DNA of 64,000 bases from Lytechinus pictus (taxonomy: Eukaryota). The stretch covers positions 10,168,001-10,232,000 of the forward strand of contig NC_087251.1 in assembly GCF_037042905.1 (NCBI RefSeq). Reading direction: 5' to 3'. The translations under genes were made by a program, and so were the position numbers. The notes beneath the pieces were generated by a model. The model saw nothing but the letters and a program-made list of their open reading frames with translations, searched no databases and had not been told where the DNA came from. Each line of letters starts with the position of its first letter. The first letter of the stretch is position 1. Shown one piece after another: positions 13,101-26,130 of the stretch.

Positions 13101-16023
13101 AGGCCTATTATATAAGTTCGAATCGTTAGTGATTTCTAAATATTAAGTTTTTCGATATAGTATACAGCCCCAAAGTGAAGCAGTATTTTACTACTGATGC
13201 GGCTACCCCACTGACGTACAGATGGGAGGGGGCCGTGGGCCCCTGAAGTAACACGACTGAGAAAAAAAAGGAAATAAAAGAAAAAGAAAACGGTGGAATA
13301 TTTCTGAAATTGGTGTCAAAAGATACAAAATTATATTTTTTTTTTCAAAAATGTAAATAAAAAATTGTTTGCTTGCTTCGCTCGCTCTCAGCTTCTTAGA
13401 AATGTCGCCCCTACCTCATGTCTGTCCTTTCAATATTTTTGGTTCTTCGTACCAACATGACCAATGGACTACTATGTTTCAGATACGAACTATTATGTAA
13501 ATAAATGGATAAATGCATTTTCAATACAAATACTACAACTTGAAGTCAGTTGTTATTGTTATCATGGTTATTTTAATATGAAATAAAGTCAAAACAATTT
13601 TTTTAATCAATAAATAATGTCCACATTTACACCCATATTATGAGTTATAGCAGTTTTACAGAAGTTTCAAGAGTTATAAGATTCGATGGATCGTTATTTT
13701 TTTTATATATTACAAGTCATGAAACCATCACTTTCTTTACACATTGAGCGATAGAAATCATCAATTTCCAGCCAAAATGGTGACTCCATTGAGCAAAAGA
13801 TAACATTCTGTCTGTGGCTTACTCTATCTTGCGGCGAAGGAGCTGTACTGCGTGAAATAACAAAGAAATTAATTTGATAGTTCAACATGTAAAAGTAAAA
13901 GCGATATTGTTAATAACTGATTAACATCGAGTAAGGAACATACAATAAAATTATCTGATTGATGTTACTTAACATTCTGTATTTCACGTTATTTGAACAT
14001 TAATAGCAGGTTGGTTCTGTTCTGTCTCCTCCTGTTCCTTCTGTATTAGAAAGCAAATAAAGTATTTGTTAATGAATATTATACAAAAATAATGTTAATA
14101 CGGACCGGTTATTGATGAGTGACCATGTCTCATTTCTGATTTCGTTTATAGAACGGAAAACATTGCAGGACGTCTGTTAAAGTCATTGTTCCAGGCCTCA
14201 TGTCGACTCAATGAGCATTTAACACTTTCATCCAATCACTCTGCGACCTGAAAAAGACATTTATCCTTCCAAATCTTTTCCAAACATAATACCCAAGCCC
14301 CCATGATCCAGTTATTCACACCTTTCTCCCTGAAAACTCAAACTATTACAAAACAATAGATCCCAAACTCGCCAAGAGGCTAGATTGAGAGAAGATCAAT
14401 GATTCTTGATGGATATTTTACCCCACCTACTTACAATTTTCAATAAAACACCATAGGCCTACTTCTGTGCTTCCACTTTTTTCTAACGATCTATAGAATT
14501 TTTCAACGTCTACATCATGAACATTTTCAGTCCTTCATGCTCATGTATTTTTTTTTCTTTACTGAAAAGATAAATAAGTGTGTATTCTATAAGAAATTCA
14601 AATCTCATTATTAACACTACATGCATGAATTATATGCAAGGCGTGTCAGCATTTGAAAAATGTGACAGAATATTTTGAATATTGTATACATGTAAACCAT
14701 GATCATTTTTTTTTTAGTTTTATATATATTTTTTAACTTCAAGTGAAGTTTTATATTACGTTATTGAAATCAAACTTCTTAAGCAGCTTTTGTCAATTGG
14801 GTTTAACTAATCATTGCATAACTATAAAAGGCCTATTCTTTCATGTTTCCTATTTTGTAGCCACGGTGACTGTGTTTTATTCACTGCTGTAAGGAGAAAT
14901 ATAAATTTATAGATAAATTTATTTTAGTATAGCATTATGCTTTTTTTTATACATAGCAGCTTTCACGGATAAGCACAGGCACCCATCAAAGGAAAATGAA
15001 ATAATAAAAAAAAACCCAGTATGTTTCGCAGCCAATCATTTCTGTCTATCAAACAAAATTAACCCTTCAATTACAAATGATGACGTCATTAGTTGTTTGA
15101 AAGTCATTGCTGTTGAGAGCAATTAAAAGCCTCAGTTTTCCCATGAGAACCATTCTCTAATACCTCCCGTTGCTTAATTGATAGACATCATACCATTCTA
15201 CCATATAGTCTAACCGTGGTATATAGGGTCTATGGTCTAACCCTTTATATTTAAATGCAAAAACAAGCACATGTTTGTTCTGCTTCGAAATAATGGGTGA
15301 CCATTTATCATTATAATTGTAATATTTTATCTCTATTGTTTCTTGTTTTAATGCAATATCTTTTAGTTCTATAAGTATTCTTAAAGTATTTTTCTTTCAT
15401 CTGACTGAACGGTGATTTCGTGCTTTTTCTTATTATATACATCAACTTTTCTTTCTGTCTTCTTAAAATACATATGATCTCCATTTATTTGGAGTTAATT
15501 TAAGCACTGTTTGGAAAAACTTGGGTATTGACAGACCGATTGATTTTCAGGGTTTTTTTTTTTCGATACTGGTACATGAAAAAAAAGTCCGTATTGTCTG
15601 TCTGCAAACATCAAAGATTTAATATTTAACTATGGTTCAGTGATCTTTTAATTACATTTTGTTTTCATCTGTTTTCATCTATTTTGGATTTTGCGGTATC
15701 AGTGGTAGCTATTTCACGCCTTTTTATTTTTTGACATTGAAACTTGACACTTTTAGCGTGGGCATATAGGCCTACACGCGTTAATATTTGCTCAAAATAT
15801 AGTCTTCATATACTGTCAAGTGCAACTCCTCTCCCACGCATGATGGTAACTAATTATACAATCAGTCAATGACACATGCACGCCTATAATGTAAACAATT
15901 ATTATAGGTGTATGAAATAAAACAGAAATATTGACGACGAAGATTATTCCATTGAAAATAGAAATTGTGACATATCCCTAAATAACACAGAATGGCTTAC
16001 ACCGGCATGACCGGAGCATTTTA

Positions 16024-16484
16024 AGGCCTGGGGGCCGTTTCATAAAGCTGTTCGTAAGTTAAGAGCGACTTTAAGAACGACTGGTGATCCTTTATTGTGG
16101 TATATGGTATATTCATTGACGATGGTTACGCGCGTAAGAAAGGTTCACCAGTCGTTCTTAAAGTCGCTCTTAACTTACGAACAGCTTTATGAAACACCCA
16201 CCAGGTCCCACTGGCCGATAGACACAAAACGTATTCATAACGGATACAGCGGACAAGCAAAATTTCGAGGTGGCTCCATCTGTTTTCATCCGCTCCAGCC
16301 AAAGGACAAATTGGGCGAACAATGAAATCACAGTAGACGGATGCTCAATGGACAGAGAGCGTATGAGGCACGTATGCAAAGAGTACACAACGGATACATA
16401 ACGTTTTCAAACGAATTTTCCGTTTTACATCCTCTCTGCATCCGTAAGTGCAGTGGGAAATAGGTCCATGGTGGGACCAAGCCT
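16024..16484. mobile_element. PIF/Harbinger-type MITE hosting two smaller insertions
   Basis: TSD TTA at 16021-16023 and 16485-16487. Removing the nested element restores left TIR AGGCCTGGTCCCAC; the right TIR reverse complement is AGGCTTGGTCCCAC. Confidence 0.8.
16031..16201. mobile_element. 171-bp palindromic MITE (Harbinger-like, CWG target), copy 1
   Basis: 51-bp perfect inverted arms (GTTTCATAAAGCTGTTCGTAAGTTAAGAGCGACTTTAAGAACGACTGGTGA). Flanked by CTG and CAG. Second copy at 49255-49425. Confidence 0.92.
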
Positions 16485-16948
16485 TTAACGTAGTGACTCT
16501 GACCATGTTCACACTGTGCCACACTGTGGTCTGTCCAGTAGGGATACGATACAATTGTGTGTGCTGGAGATCATATAGATACATGGGAACAAGAAAACCA
16601 ACATGTGTTCAACATGTGATGGGAGAAAATGAAGTAAGCAAGTATAATATACTGGTCAACACGTGTGATGCTGTATATATTGTGCATTTTTCTACCGTTT
16701 ATCTAGAAGTAGAATGAAGTGATGATAGAGTATATCAACATGGTAAAATTACATTCAAGTTTTAATAGGCCCCTATATACCGGTATGTCTACGTGTAAAA
16801 GTGCAAACAAAATATTTTTCTTTTTAATTGCAAGGACAGCTGATGAGTAAATTCTTGAAATATAATTTAAGTAATGTTATCAATCGATTATGTGATCAGT
16901 TTCCTTTCAACTTTTCGTAGCTTTGCACTGGTAAGAAAAGATCTAAAG

Positions 16949-17389
16949 CAGCGCTTCTCAAACGGTGGGCCGCGAAGCTCTCTCAGGTGGGCCGAAAGAT
17001 GCTCGGGGGGGGGGGGGGAAATAGGAGAAAAACTATAGTATATTTCACAGACCTGTCCGAACATGGTATGTCCGATCAGTCTACGCGGGTCAAACAAAAC
17101 TAAATCAACGCTTATGGTATCATGCATGTTGCAAAGCATGAACATGCTTAATATGATGGTTTTAATGCATTATGTTGTTAATTGTCGCCCATTTACTTGA
17201 CATTTGCGAATGCAGATTAATTCTCAAAAAGTTTATTTCTGATGTACTTCAGAGCTTTGTGTTCAAATTTCAAGAAACATGTTTTCATCAAAATGGACGT
17301 TTTCTTATAATTTGGTAGGTGGGGATGGGCCTCGAAAAAAATCTGAGAGTCAAAGTGGTCCTCGAGTAAAAAAGGGTTGAGAAGCGCTG
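16949..17389. mobile_element. hAT (Charlie/Buster-type) MITE (441 bp)
   Basis: TIR CAGCGCTTCTCAA / TTGAGAAGCGCTG. Perfect 8-bp TSD ATCTAAAG (16941-16948, 17390-17397), close to the NTCTAGAN Charlie target. Confidence 0.92.
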
Positions 17390-20300
17390 ATCTAAAGGAT
17401 TAGCGTTCTTCAAGATATAGAACGACGCCATCTTTCGTCAATCAGTGCATGCATGTGATGTCGATATTTAGTGGTTGATAATGTTAGGGTGCTTATTGCT
17501 TTATGATTTCTTATTCCGTCTCTTTTAACATTTATAAATTCATACAAATTCAATTTTATCCCTTCTCAGCTACAAATATATTTTGACTTCTTCAAAAATA
17601 TATTTAACACATTCCACAATGACATTCACTGTGCTTTCCTCCCCCGCATTTCTCTTCGCCTCTCTGAGTCATTTTCAGTCATTACATTATTTAAACTCAT
17701 TATATTCTTAATGATGATGTCTTTTGTCCATTTTCACTACATTAGATCCCAATTATTGAAGAGTCTCTTATTTGTTTATCAACTGGGTGGACATGTGTTA
17801 TGTTTACAATATACTTTTTAAAAATTTCAACAAAAATTGTTTATGCCGAGTATCAATAAATATCTTTCTAAATGATTTTCGTGCCCACTCAAGTAATTTT
17901 CCCTCGGTTTACAGCTGCATAGCCTGCATGAGAAGGCCATTTTTTATTTGACTTTTCTTTTCAGTCAAAAGCGTCTCCCCAATACCGAAGCCTATTTATG
18001 CAAATATTATATGCAGCACTGCTTAACATGAAGTAGGTGCATTTAAAACACTCATACTTGTATCAAACTGTGTTCATATCCTTAAATCTGGTTTGGCCGA
18101 TCATTTTACTCTGTATGGGGGCTCTACCACAGTATCCCCGATATGTGCACCCCTACCATGCACCCCTCCCTCTTATTCACTCTTAACCACTGGTCAATTG
18201 GATCATATGGTGTTCCAAAACCACTTTCTCCTCTACGTCACTAAATTTAGACATGAGTGAGAAAATGTAGGTTACGATGAGTACAGTGCAATCTTTGTAT
18301 GCATATAAATTAGTGCCTTGTGGACGATGAGAACTTTCCCAAGCCGGAAGTGTTTCTTCTTTATTTCTTCTGTAGTTCTATCTGCTATAACTAAATCCTG
18401 TGTGACAAATATAGAAAGTTTAAGCAGTCATTTTTTTCTCCTTTAGTTTCTGGTTTCATGCAGATACGCATGGGGGTTACTCAAGTTCATCACAAAGCTT
18501 TAAAAAAAAGACGAAATATGAAGGACAGAAAACCACAAAAATCGCATGGTACAGTGGGCCATGCGTGGTGGTATATATCGATTATACATCAGACTAAGGT
18601 CAATTTATTATATAGATTTTAATTTCCCATATATTTTTTTTTTCAACGATGAAAATGAATATAATGTTTATTAAAGATATTTCAATCAAATTATACGAAA
18701 ATGTATTTTGTTTAGATTCTTGGCATCGAATAATATATTGTAGGCCTGCAATTCGTTGACCTCTATTGAGGGAATGGCAAATGCAGTTAAAGTCTCTTTT
18801 GAAATTGAGAAAACCTTCAGGTTCGACGTACAGGTGAGAAAAAGATTGAACGTGATGCATTTACAAAATAAAGTCTGTTACAAGCATTCAATAGGATATC
18901 AAAAAGATCAATATCGCGGTGATAAATTGTCAAACCATTTTGGAAGTAATCACGACAAAATGACAATTTCAACCGATTCAATTTGGCAGATTTAAGCCTT
19001 GTGATGCCTTCAAATGATTGATGAACCAGGGAGAATTGTAACACACACATCATGTTTTAATGCAGAGAAAAATCACCGCTCACCTCAATTGTGTTTGATC
19101 ACGAAAAAGACCGAGCTTGGTAATTTCAGATTCCAAACAATTTTGTAGGATAACGATCTTTGAAGATGATTTTCGTCAGCAGCGCGCCCTTTTTCATTGT
19201 CGTCTTCAACAAAACGGCAGTGCCGATAACTGCGCCATCTAATTAAGGCGTAATAAACGTTGATGTGTATTTGATTGCTTACACCTCTAAATTAATTTCT
19301 TTGAGAGGTCCCCAGGGTATGACATGCCCTTCCTTTGAGCCTCCCGTTTCCAAAGGAAAGGATAATATAAGAGGTAAAGGTATTCTAAAGACCGAAACCT
19401 TGCGCTGTTTTATGGCGGTCTTTTGAAAGCGAGAAAATGACGGATCGGTATGAGGTATATCGGCTCAGCGTTCGTTCTTTAAAAGCATTTGAAAATTTAC
19501 CTTGAATATTCGTCCACCGCTTTTAATTTCAAAGCATGGATACGTTTGATAAGAAATTGGATCGACAGTTCAGCTTTTTGTCTTTTATATGATTATTACT
19601 GTAACGAAATGATTGGATTTAGAGATTGGTATAACCTTTTACATCAGAATGAGACCAAAAATGGCATGCCACCTGGATGATCTCTGAAGATCCATATCAA
19701 AATTGGTAATCATGTGATTTATGTCACTGTTAAATTGATATGTTGATTGTACAGATAACCCATGAAGTGTGATTGGATTTACTTATGTCGCTAAATGTAA
19801 ATGCATCGTGGCCTTTTGTGGCCATTATTCTATCAATCCTTTCCTCGTCCTGTCTCGCTTTACCATTCTGATTAGGATGTAATTTTGTTTTATCTCATAA
19901 AATCTAATTTATGCGGGTTGGATAGAAAGGAAAGAACGCAGTTATCCACTCAACATCTTGTCTTTTAACCCTCAAAGTTGATTGAGTATTGTTCTCTCAA
20001 TTGACAAGGTGGTTAAACACACTTGCAGCTAAATTGTATTTTACAATATCCTTCATAATTTTGTAACTAGATTTGCAGGTGTTCTCCCTGGTGAATTTAG
20101 ATATCAACTAAGATTCCTTTCTTGAATGGAAGATTCGCAGTATATCACAGGTATAATTCTTTATAAGGGTCTTACTTCATCTGAATGATTAATGCATTGC
20201 CGTAGGGAGAATGCTTTTAAATCATGAGAATGTTTTTGTTAGAATGCGATATATTTACTCTGGATGAAATAAGCTCAGCTCAAAATGAGATAATTGAAGA

Positions 20301-21978
20301 TCTATTATATTCTCAATCAGTGCATTAGTCGTTTTCCCTTAAAAGTTTTAAGAAGATTACTGATATAAGTGACGATGTAACTGTATACTGCACACAATGC
20401 TCATAACGATCTGATACAAATTCATCAGCATTATAATGTAAAGCTCACTACAGTGATTTTACTACACATTCATGTGAAATAAAAAAGAAGTTTAATAACT
20501 GTAATCATCGAATACTTTCTACAATAATTACTGTTGAAACCAAGCCAAATTAGACCATTATGAGACCAAATGAGATCATGTTTGCGCGGAAATAAAACAG
20601 AGTAGCAAATATACATGTACATGGGGGTATTTATGGACGATGAGGCTTTGAGACAGAGTTTGAGCTGACTTCATACATTGTCTTGTCATAGGTTGAAAGA
20701 ACAGCCAGGTGTAGGAGGAATATCCTAAGCTAAGGATAAGATTTTCTGGAATCTTCTTGTCAGAAGTAATCACCGATTCTCAAAGAGGTTTACAATAATG
20801 GTAAAAAGGTCGAAAATAGGGTCAGAAGAGCGGTATATGCTTTGAAATGAAGACGTTTCAATTCTGCTGTCTGAATCCTAACCGACATGTTACCACTATT
20901 GAACAAACACCACTTTTATACAGGTATGCATCATAGGTATTGTGATCTTATTTATTAAGTAGGGAAATAGAGAAGCAAGAGTAGATGAAATAGGAAGAGG
21001 GTCTTCTTGCTTGCATAGGGGTTTTGGTTAGGGGGTAATGGGTGTTATCATACAAGAGGCTGTCACTTCGACATCATTGATCATGCATGAATATTGTTTC
21101 TTTTCTATGTGAATGTAAATATGCACGAGTCTACATATCTTCGAGCAAGATCTACTGCATCCCTACCATACGAAACAGTGTAGGTCTACATCTACCGTAT
21201 ATCAACATTTCACGAAAGGGTACATGCATATAGATTTAATTGCTTCAAAATAGATATAAACTTAAAATAAAATTAACATTTTATCTTTAAGATTTATGAA
21301 GAAAGCAAACATGTTAGTCATCCTGATTTAATACCTTTTATTAGAATAAACACATTTTCGGCAATGAATGTTATTTTTTACAAATATTTAGTCATTAAAA
21401 AAATAATGAATTTAGCATGACGATATTCTCAGAAGCACTATCTGTTATCCTGAAAATCTGATACCACGCAGCTAACAGTTGTCAATATTCAATACGTCAC
21501 AAGAACCTATTTCAGATTTCTTTTCGACGAAACAGAGGAGGCATCGCCAACGCAGAGAACAAATGTTTCTTAGAAAATGATTGATGTTGTCCGATTCTCA
21601 TCATCATTTTTTTAAAACAGTTTTTGAGTGAAGCACCATAAGTGTATTTCTCAATAACAACGTGATCTGTTTGCAGGTAAATTTCAGAATGATAGCGTAT
21701 TTTAGGGAAAATAATTATCATGATGAATGATGAAAGGTCTCAGTTAAGGACTAGAGGAGGTGGACCAGGATACAAGGTCTGGGGTTCGAATCCAGCAGTG
21801 ATGGTCACTCGCTAATGACTCTCCATGTTTCTTTGCAAATATTTCAAAGAGAACCTTTTTTAATTTAATTTTTAATATTTAAGAAAGAATGAATCTATCA
21901 AGAAGATCAGTCCCGTGATTATGATTTTCATATTGATATCAGAATTAATTTAACGCAGATTTGAAAGTCTGTATCTAA

Positions 21979-23112
21979 AGCCCCTTTCACAATTGACGTA
22001 CGACCATTTGCGACCTTTTGGTCGTGCGACAGGCTGCAACAGGCATCAATCGCTAGTCATCTCATAAGATCGCACAGAGGCTTTCACAGTCGCATACTAT
22101 GCTCTTATTGTGCTCGTGCGGTCACATGCGAGTGTTGCACTAGGGATTGCGAGTGGAACGGTCGCATACATGCGAATGAAACGGTAGTGCAATGTTGTAA
22201 GCCGTTGCGATCGGTCTTGCAACAGTCTTAGGGCCCATTTTATTATCGCAACCAGTCGCAAGACATGTCTCTGTACATGTAGGTCGCTTGCACATGTGCA
22301 AGTGTTGCACGACCTCCAGTCAAGTAAATGCGACTACTTAGTTGTGCCACCTCTCGCACCAAGTCGTACAACGTTGAACAACACTCGCACGATGATCGCC
22401 CGACCGATGGTACGACCCCGGGTATGGCCTGATGCGAGTGAATCGATCGTATTTGATCGCGTTCGGATTTTGAACATGTTCAAAGTTCAGATGTGACCAG
22501 TCACGACCACCTCGAGTTCGTGCGACCGTCTACAACGACTGCGAGTGCTCGCAAGACACCAAAGATCGATCGTGCAACAACAAGAAAAAACTGTTGCAGG
22601 CGGTCGTAAACTGGTCGGACGTCAATTGTGAAAGGGGCTGAACAGTCGCATACATGCGAATGCAACGGTAGTGGAATGTAGTAAGCCGTAATTTCGATCG
22701 GTCTTGCAACAGTCTCATATTATCGCACCCAGTCGCAAGACTGGTCTCTGTAGGTCTCCAGCACATGTGCAAGTGTTGTACGACATCCAGTCGACTAAAT
22801 GCGACTATACTTAGTTGTGCCACCTCTCGCACCAAGTCGTACAACGTTGAACAACACTCACACGATGATCGCCCGACCGATGGTACGACCTGTTGCGAGT
22901 GAATCAATCGTATTTGATCGCGTTTGGATTTAGAACATGTTCAAAGTTCAGATGCGACCAAGTCACGGTCACCTCCGACCACCTCGAGTTTGTGCGATCG
23001 TCTACAACGACTGCGAGTGCTCGCAAGACAACAAGGGATCGATCGTGCAACAACAAGAAAAAACTGCTGCAGGTGGTCGTAAACAGGTCGTACGTCAATT
23101 GTGAAAGGGGCT
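21979..23112. mobile_element. PIF/Harbinger-type non-autonomous element with a tandemly repeated right part
   Basis: TIR AGCCCCTTTCACAATTGACGTACGACC; the right TIR occurs twice (ending 22639 and 23112). TSD TAA at 21976-21978 and 23113-23115. 22156-22639 is repeated as 22640-23112. Confidence 0.9.
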
Positions 23113-23690
23113 TAAATGACCCTCGCAGAAGATGATAATGATTGTGTCACAGTCGGATTTGGTAGGTCGACAAGAGAATGCACGAGACATCCAAAATAAT
23201 ATATTATGACAATGAACGCAATCTCTGTGCATAAAGATGCTTTACACAATACGGAGAATATATTTTTTTAGTTCGGAATCATGAGTCAGTAATGTTCTGG
23301 TTTTGATGTGGTTTAAAGTTTGGTTTCTGAGGTAGATGAAGACCATATCACCTGATGCTATTTTAAGGAGTCCAAATGAGGGTTTAAGAATCTTTTAGGT
23401 GGTAAGGAAACAACGGGTATAAAATCACACTCGGAAGATACCTTAGAGGTTGAAGACACATTATCACCATACAAAAAAAGAAGAAAGAAAAGAAATCATG
23501 ATAACTGTGGGGTCATTGGACCCTTCAGGTGTCTGAACAAGGGATATTTTTCTTATAATGCTGTTCATGCCAAATTATACTTTGTATATGTGCTCTCTTT
23601 ATGAACACTCCTTCGTAATTCTTCAGCAGATCGTTTTTCTCCATGTGTATTTTTGCTGGGTTTTTTTTTGCATCATAGTTTGAATAGGAT

Positions 23691-24700
23691 ATTCAATTCA
23701 ATTCAATTTATTTCACATTTGCATAAAAAGACAATACATACAATTAAAGTGATAAAAGGCATATAATACATGAGATCACACAAAATACAGAGAATACAAA
23801 TGTGTGGAATTTAACAAAGGCCAAAGGCCTATCAAAGGCAAATCCCAAACGGTTGCAAGCAGGAAAAAAGTTTTATAGATAAAAACAAAACATAAAAAAA
23901 AAACTAACCAAACACAAAAGGAAACGACAAAACGGCTTAAGGAACAATTCATGAGTTTACAAGATTTTTTTTATACTTTCTTTTAAAAGAGTTGAGTGTT
24001 GGACATAATTTAAGATCAATGGGTAAACTATTCCACAGAGTGGGTCCAACATATTCAATTGTAGTTCGTGAGAAATTATATTTGAAATTAGGCAAATAAA
24101 AGTTGTCAGACTGTCTAGTAATGTAATTACAAACATATTTGTTTTTCACAAATAAATCATCATAAAAAGAGGGAAGAGCATTGTGAAGAAACAAGTACAT
24201 GAAATTTGCAATTTGATAGCTGTTTATATGACTGATAGTAAGTAAATTAAGTTTTTTGAACAAAGGTTGTGTACTGATTCTTGGGGAGGAATTGGTAATA
24301 ACTCTTATTGCACGTTTCTGTAAAACAATTATTCGGCTTAAATGGACCATTGCACAATTACCCCAGAGTATATTGCAATAATTAAAGTAGGGCAAGACAA
24401 TCGATTGATATATCATTAGAAGTATGTTTAATGGAATTGAATTTTTTAATCTGTTGATTGCACCAATGGATTTAGAAACTTTACAATATATATAATTTAT
24501 GTGGTCTTTCCAAGTCAGTTTGTTGTCTATGACTACACCCAAAAATTTCGTAGAATTAACTACAGGAATTTTACTATTTTGAATATTACTGTATATAAGG
24601 TGCGGTATTTTAGAATGATTCAAATTGGGAATATTTACACAACAGTGGCTTCTGCTGGGATGATATGTAAATTTTTAAAAAAGAGATAATTAAAGTTTGA
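23691..24700 (-). mobile_element. 5'-truncated CR1/L2-group LINE (Crack/Daphne-like), RT C-terminal region and 3' tail
   Basis: ORF 23949-24623 has KFLGVVIDNKLTWKDHI...VSKSIG...LLMIYQSIVLPYFNYCNILWG...GPTLWNSLP...SFKRK, typical of post-RT regions of CR1/L2-group ORF2. The minus strand ends AATAAA + (TTGAA)n at ~23691-23712. 5' boundary approximate. Confidence 0.92.
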
Positions 24701-25883
24701 GACCTTGATAACCCCCAATTACGAAAATCGTATACCATTTATTTTGTTTTCTCCTTATAAGTTCTCTTCAGATTTTTTATACATAATAATGTCAGTGTGC
24801 GGGGTAACGGAATTCGTTTAGATTCATGAAATCCTGCATTCAAGGCACGCTTGGGTTAAGGAAACGTTTCACATATATTTTTCTGGTGATATAGTTGACA
24901 GAAGGAATGAGAAACCGTTACATCTTATCGCAATCATTAACAAAAAACCTTCATGAGGCATATATTCTATTTAAACTAAATAGAAAACAACTAGGTCCTT
25001 GTTCGGTAATACATGAAAACTTTGATTTTTTTTTAAACGTAATTGAAATAAACCCGACTTCTTAAGGTTAAGTCATCTTGCTTTGTTCTTGTACCCCCGT
25101 AGTAAACAAAAGTCAAGTTTGAAAAAGAAAGGGTTTAAAAATACTAGATTGTGATTTGATTTATGACTCTTTTCTTTGGCTTTTCAAAAACATTATTTAA
25201 TAAAAAAATCATCCCCGTTTTTTCTCTTGTCACGGAACTTTACCCCGTAATGCCCCCTCCCTTTCTTGTCAAACCTATAGATCCACCACTGTGTAAATAC
25301 AAACAGACCTAACACCACTGTTGAACTTGAAGCCGTCCATAACTTGCGATCCCCATTCCAGATTTGGTTAAATGTCAATCATATAATTTCTCAAAATTTC
25401 CCAAAACTGCACTGTTTTTCGGACAGCAGGCGCAAATTATAGAACAGCGGGATACGAGGGTTGGCAACATTTGGTACAAGTACTTCGTATCGTCTGCCAA
25501 AAAGCCTCTTTCCGCAACTTGCGGTTGTCTACTAACACTGCCATTAATACGCGTAATAACGGTTCAAATTGTTCTGAATATAGCTTCTACAAGAATAATT
25601 GCAATATCATGCTACAAAAATTTCGACTTCAAGGGTTTATCTCAACGTCGAATGGTTGCGAACGAAACGCAGGTCGAGTTATAAAGGGTCACAAATATTG
25701 CAAATAAGTTCTCAAAACCAATTCACTGTCTGAATTATAAGTTTTCATATCGTTGTAAGATGTTGAACTAAAAGTTCGCTTTGATTTGTCAATGCTATAC
25801 CAATCACAAGTCATGACCACGGGCCATAATGTTCCAATAATGCTGCTAAAAGTCAAGATGTTGTTGCGTATGCCAGCCTTTAA

Positions 25884-26130
25884 CTCTTTGCACGCTGAAT
25901 TATTTTTGGGGGATAATAATGACAATTGTTTCCATGTTATTTTCTTTAATTCAAGATATCCATATTGCAACAATTGTACTTATTATTATTATCTAGATGT
26001 TATCCAAGAACTGCTGCCTTTTATTAGCTTATCTAATTTGAAGATAGGGGAGAAAACTAATTATTACAATTATTGTTGAATTAGATTGTACGAATGTGCA
26101 AAATTGCAACATCAAGCAGCGTGCAAAGGG
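25884..26130. mobile_element. piggyBac-type MITE (247 bp)
   Basis: TTAA|CTCTTTGCACGCTG ... CAGCGTGCAAAGGG|TTAA: 13/14 TIR match with a TTAA duplication. Confidence 0.88.

Noticed and set aside
10990-13460. Probable decayed DNA-transposon sequence (GGCGAAGCGCC, GCTTCGCTCGC motifs)
   Set aside because: Could not find matching TIRs or TSDs, so no boundaries can be supported.
16841-16870. CTGATGA...GAAA second hammerhead candidate
   Set aside because: No stem II pairing and no stem I/III.
21740-21800. B box GGTTCGAATCC
   Set aside because: No convincing A box or stems; at most a decayed SINE head.
22296-23135. Several overlapping ORFs
   Set aside because: GC-rich non-coding Harbinger body; no transposase motifs.
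25193-26079. Cluster of 60-106 aa ORFs as a possible transposase or gene
   Set aside because: No recognisable motifs; ORFs run across a piggyBac MITE boundary and a lone hAT-like end (25291).
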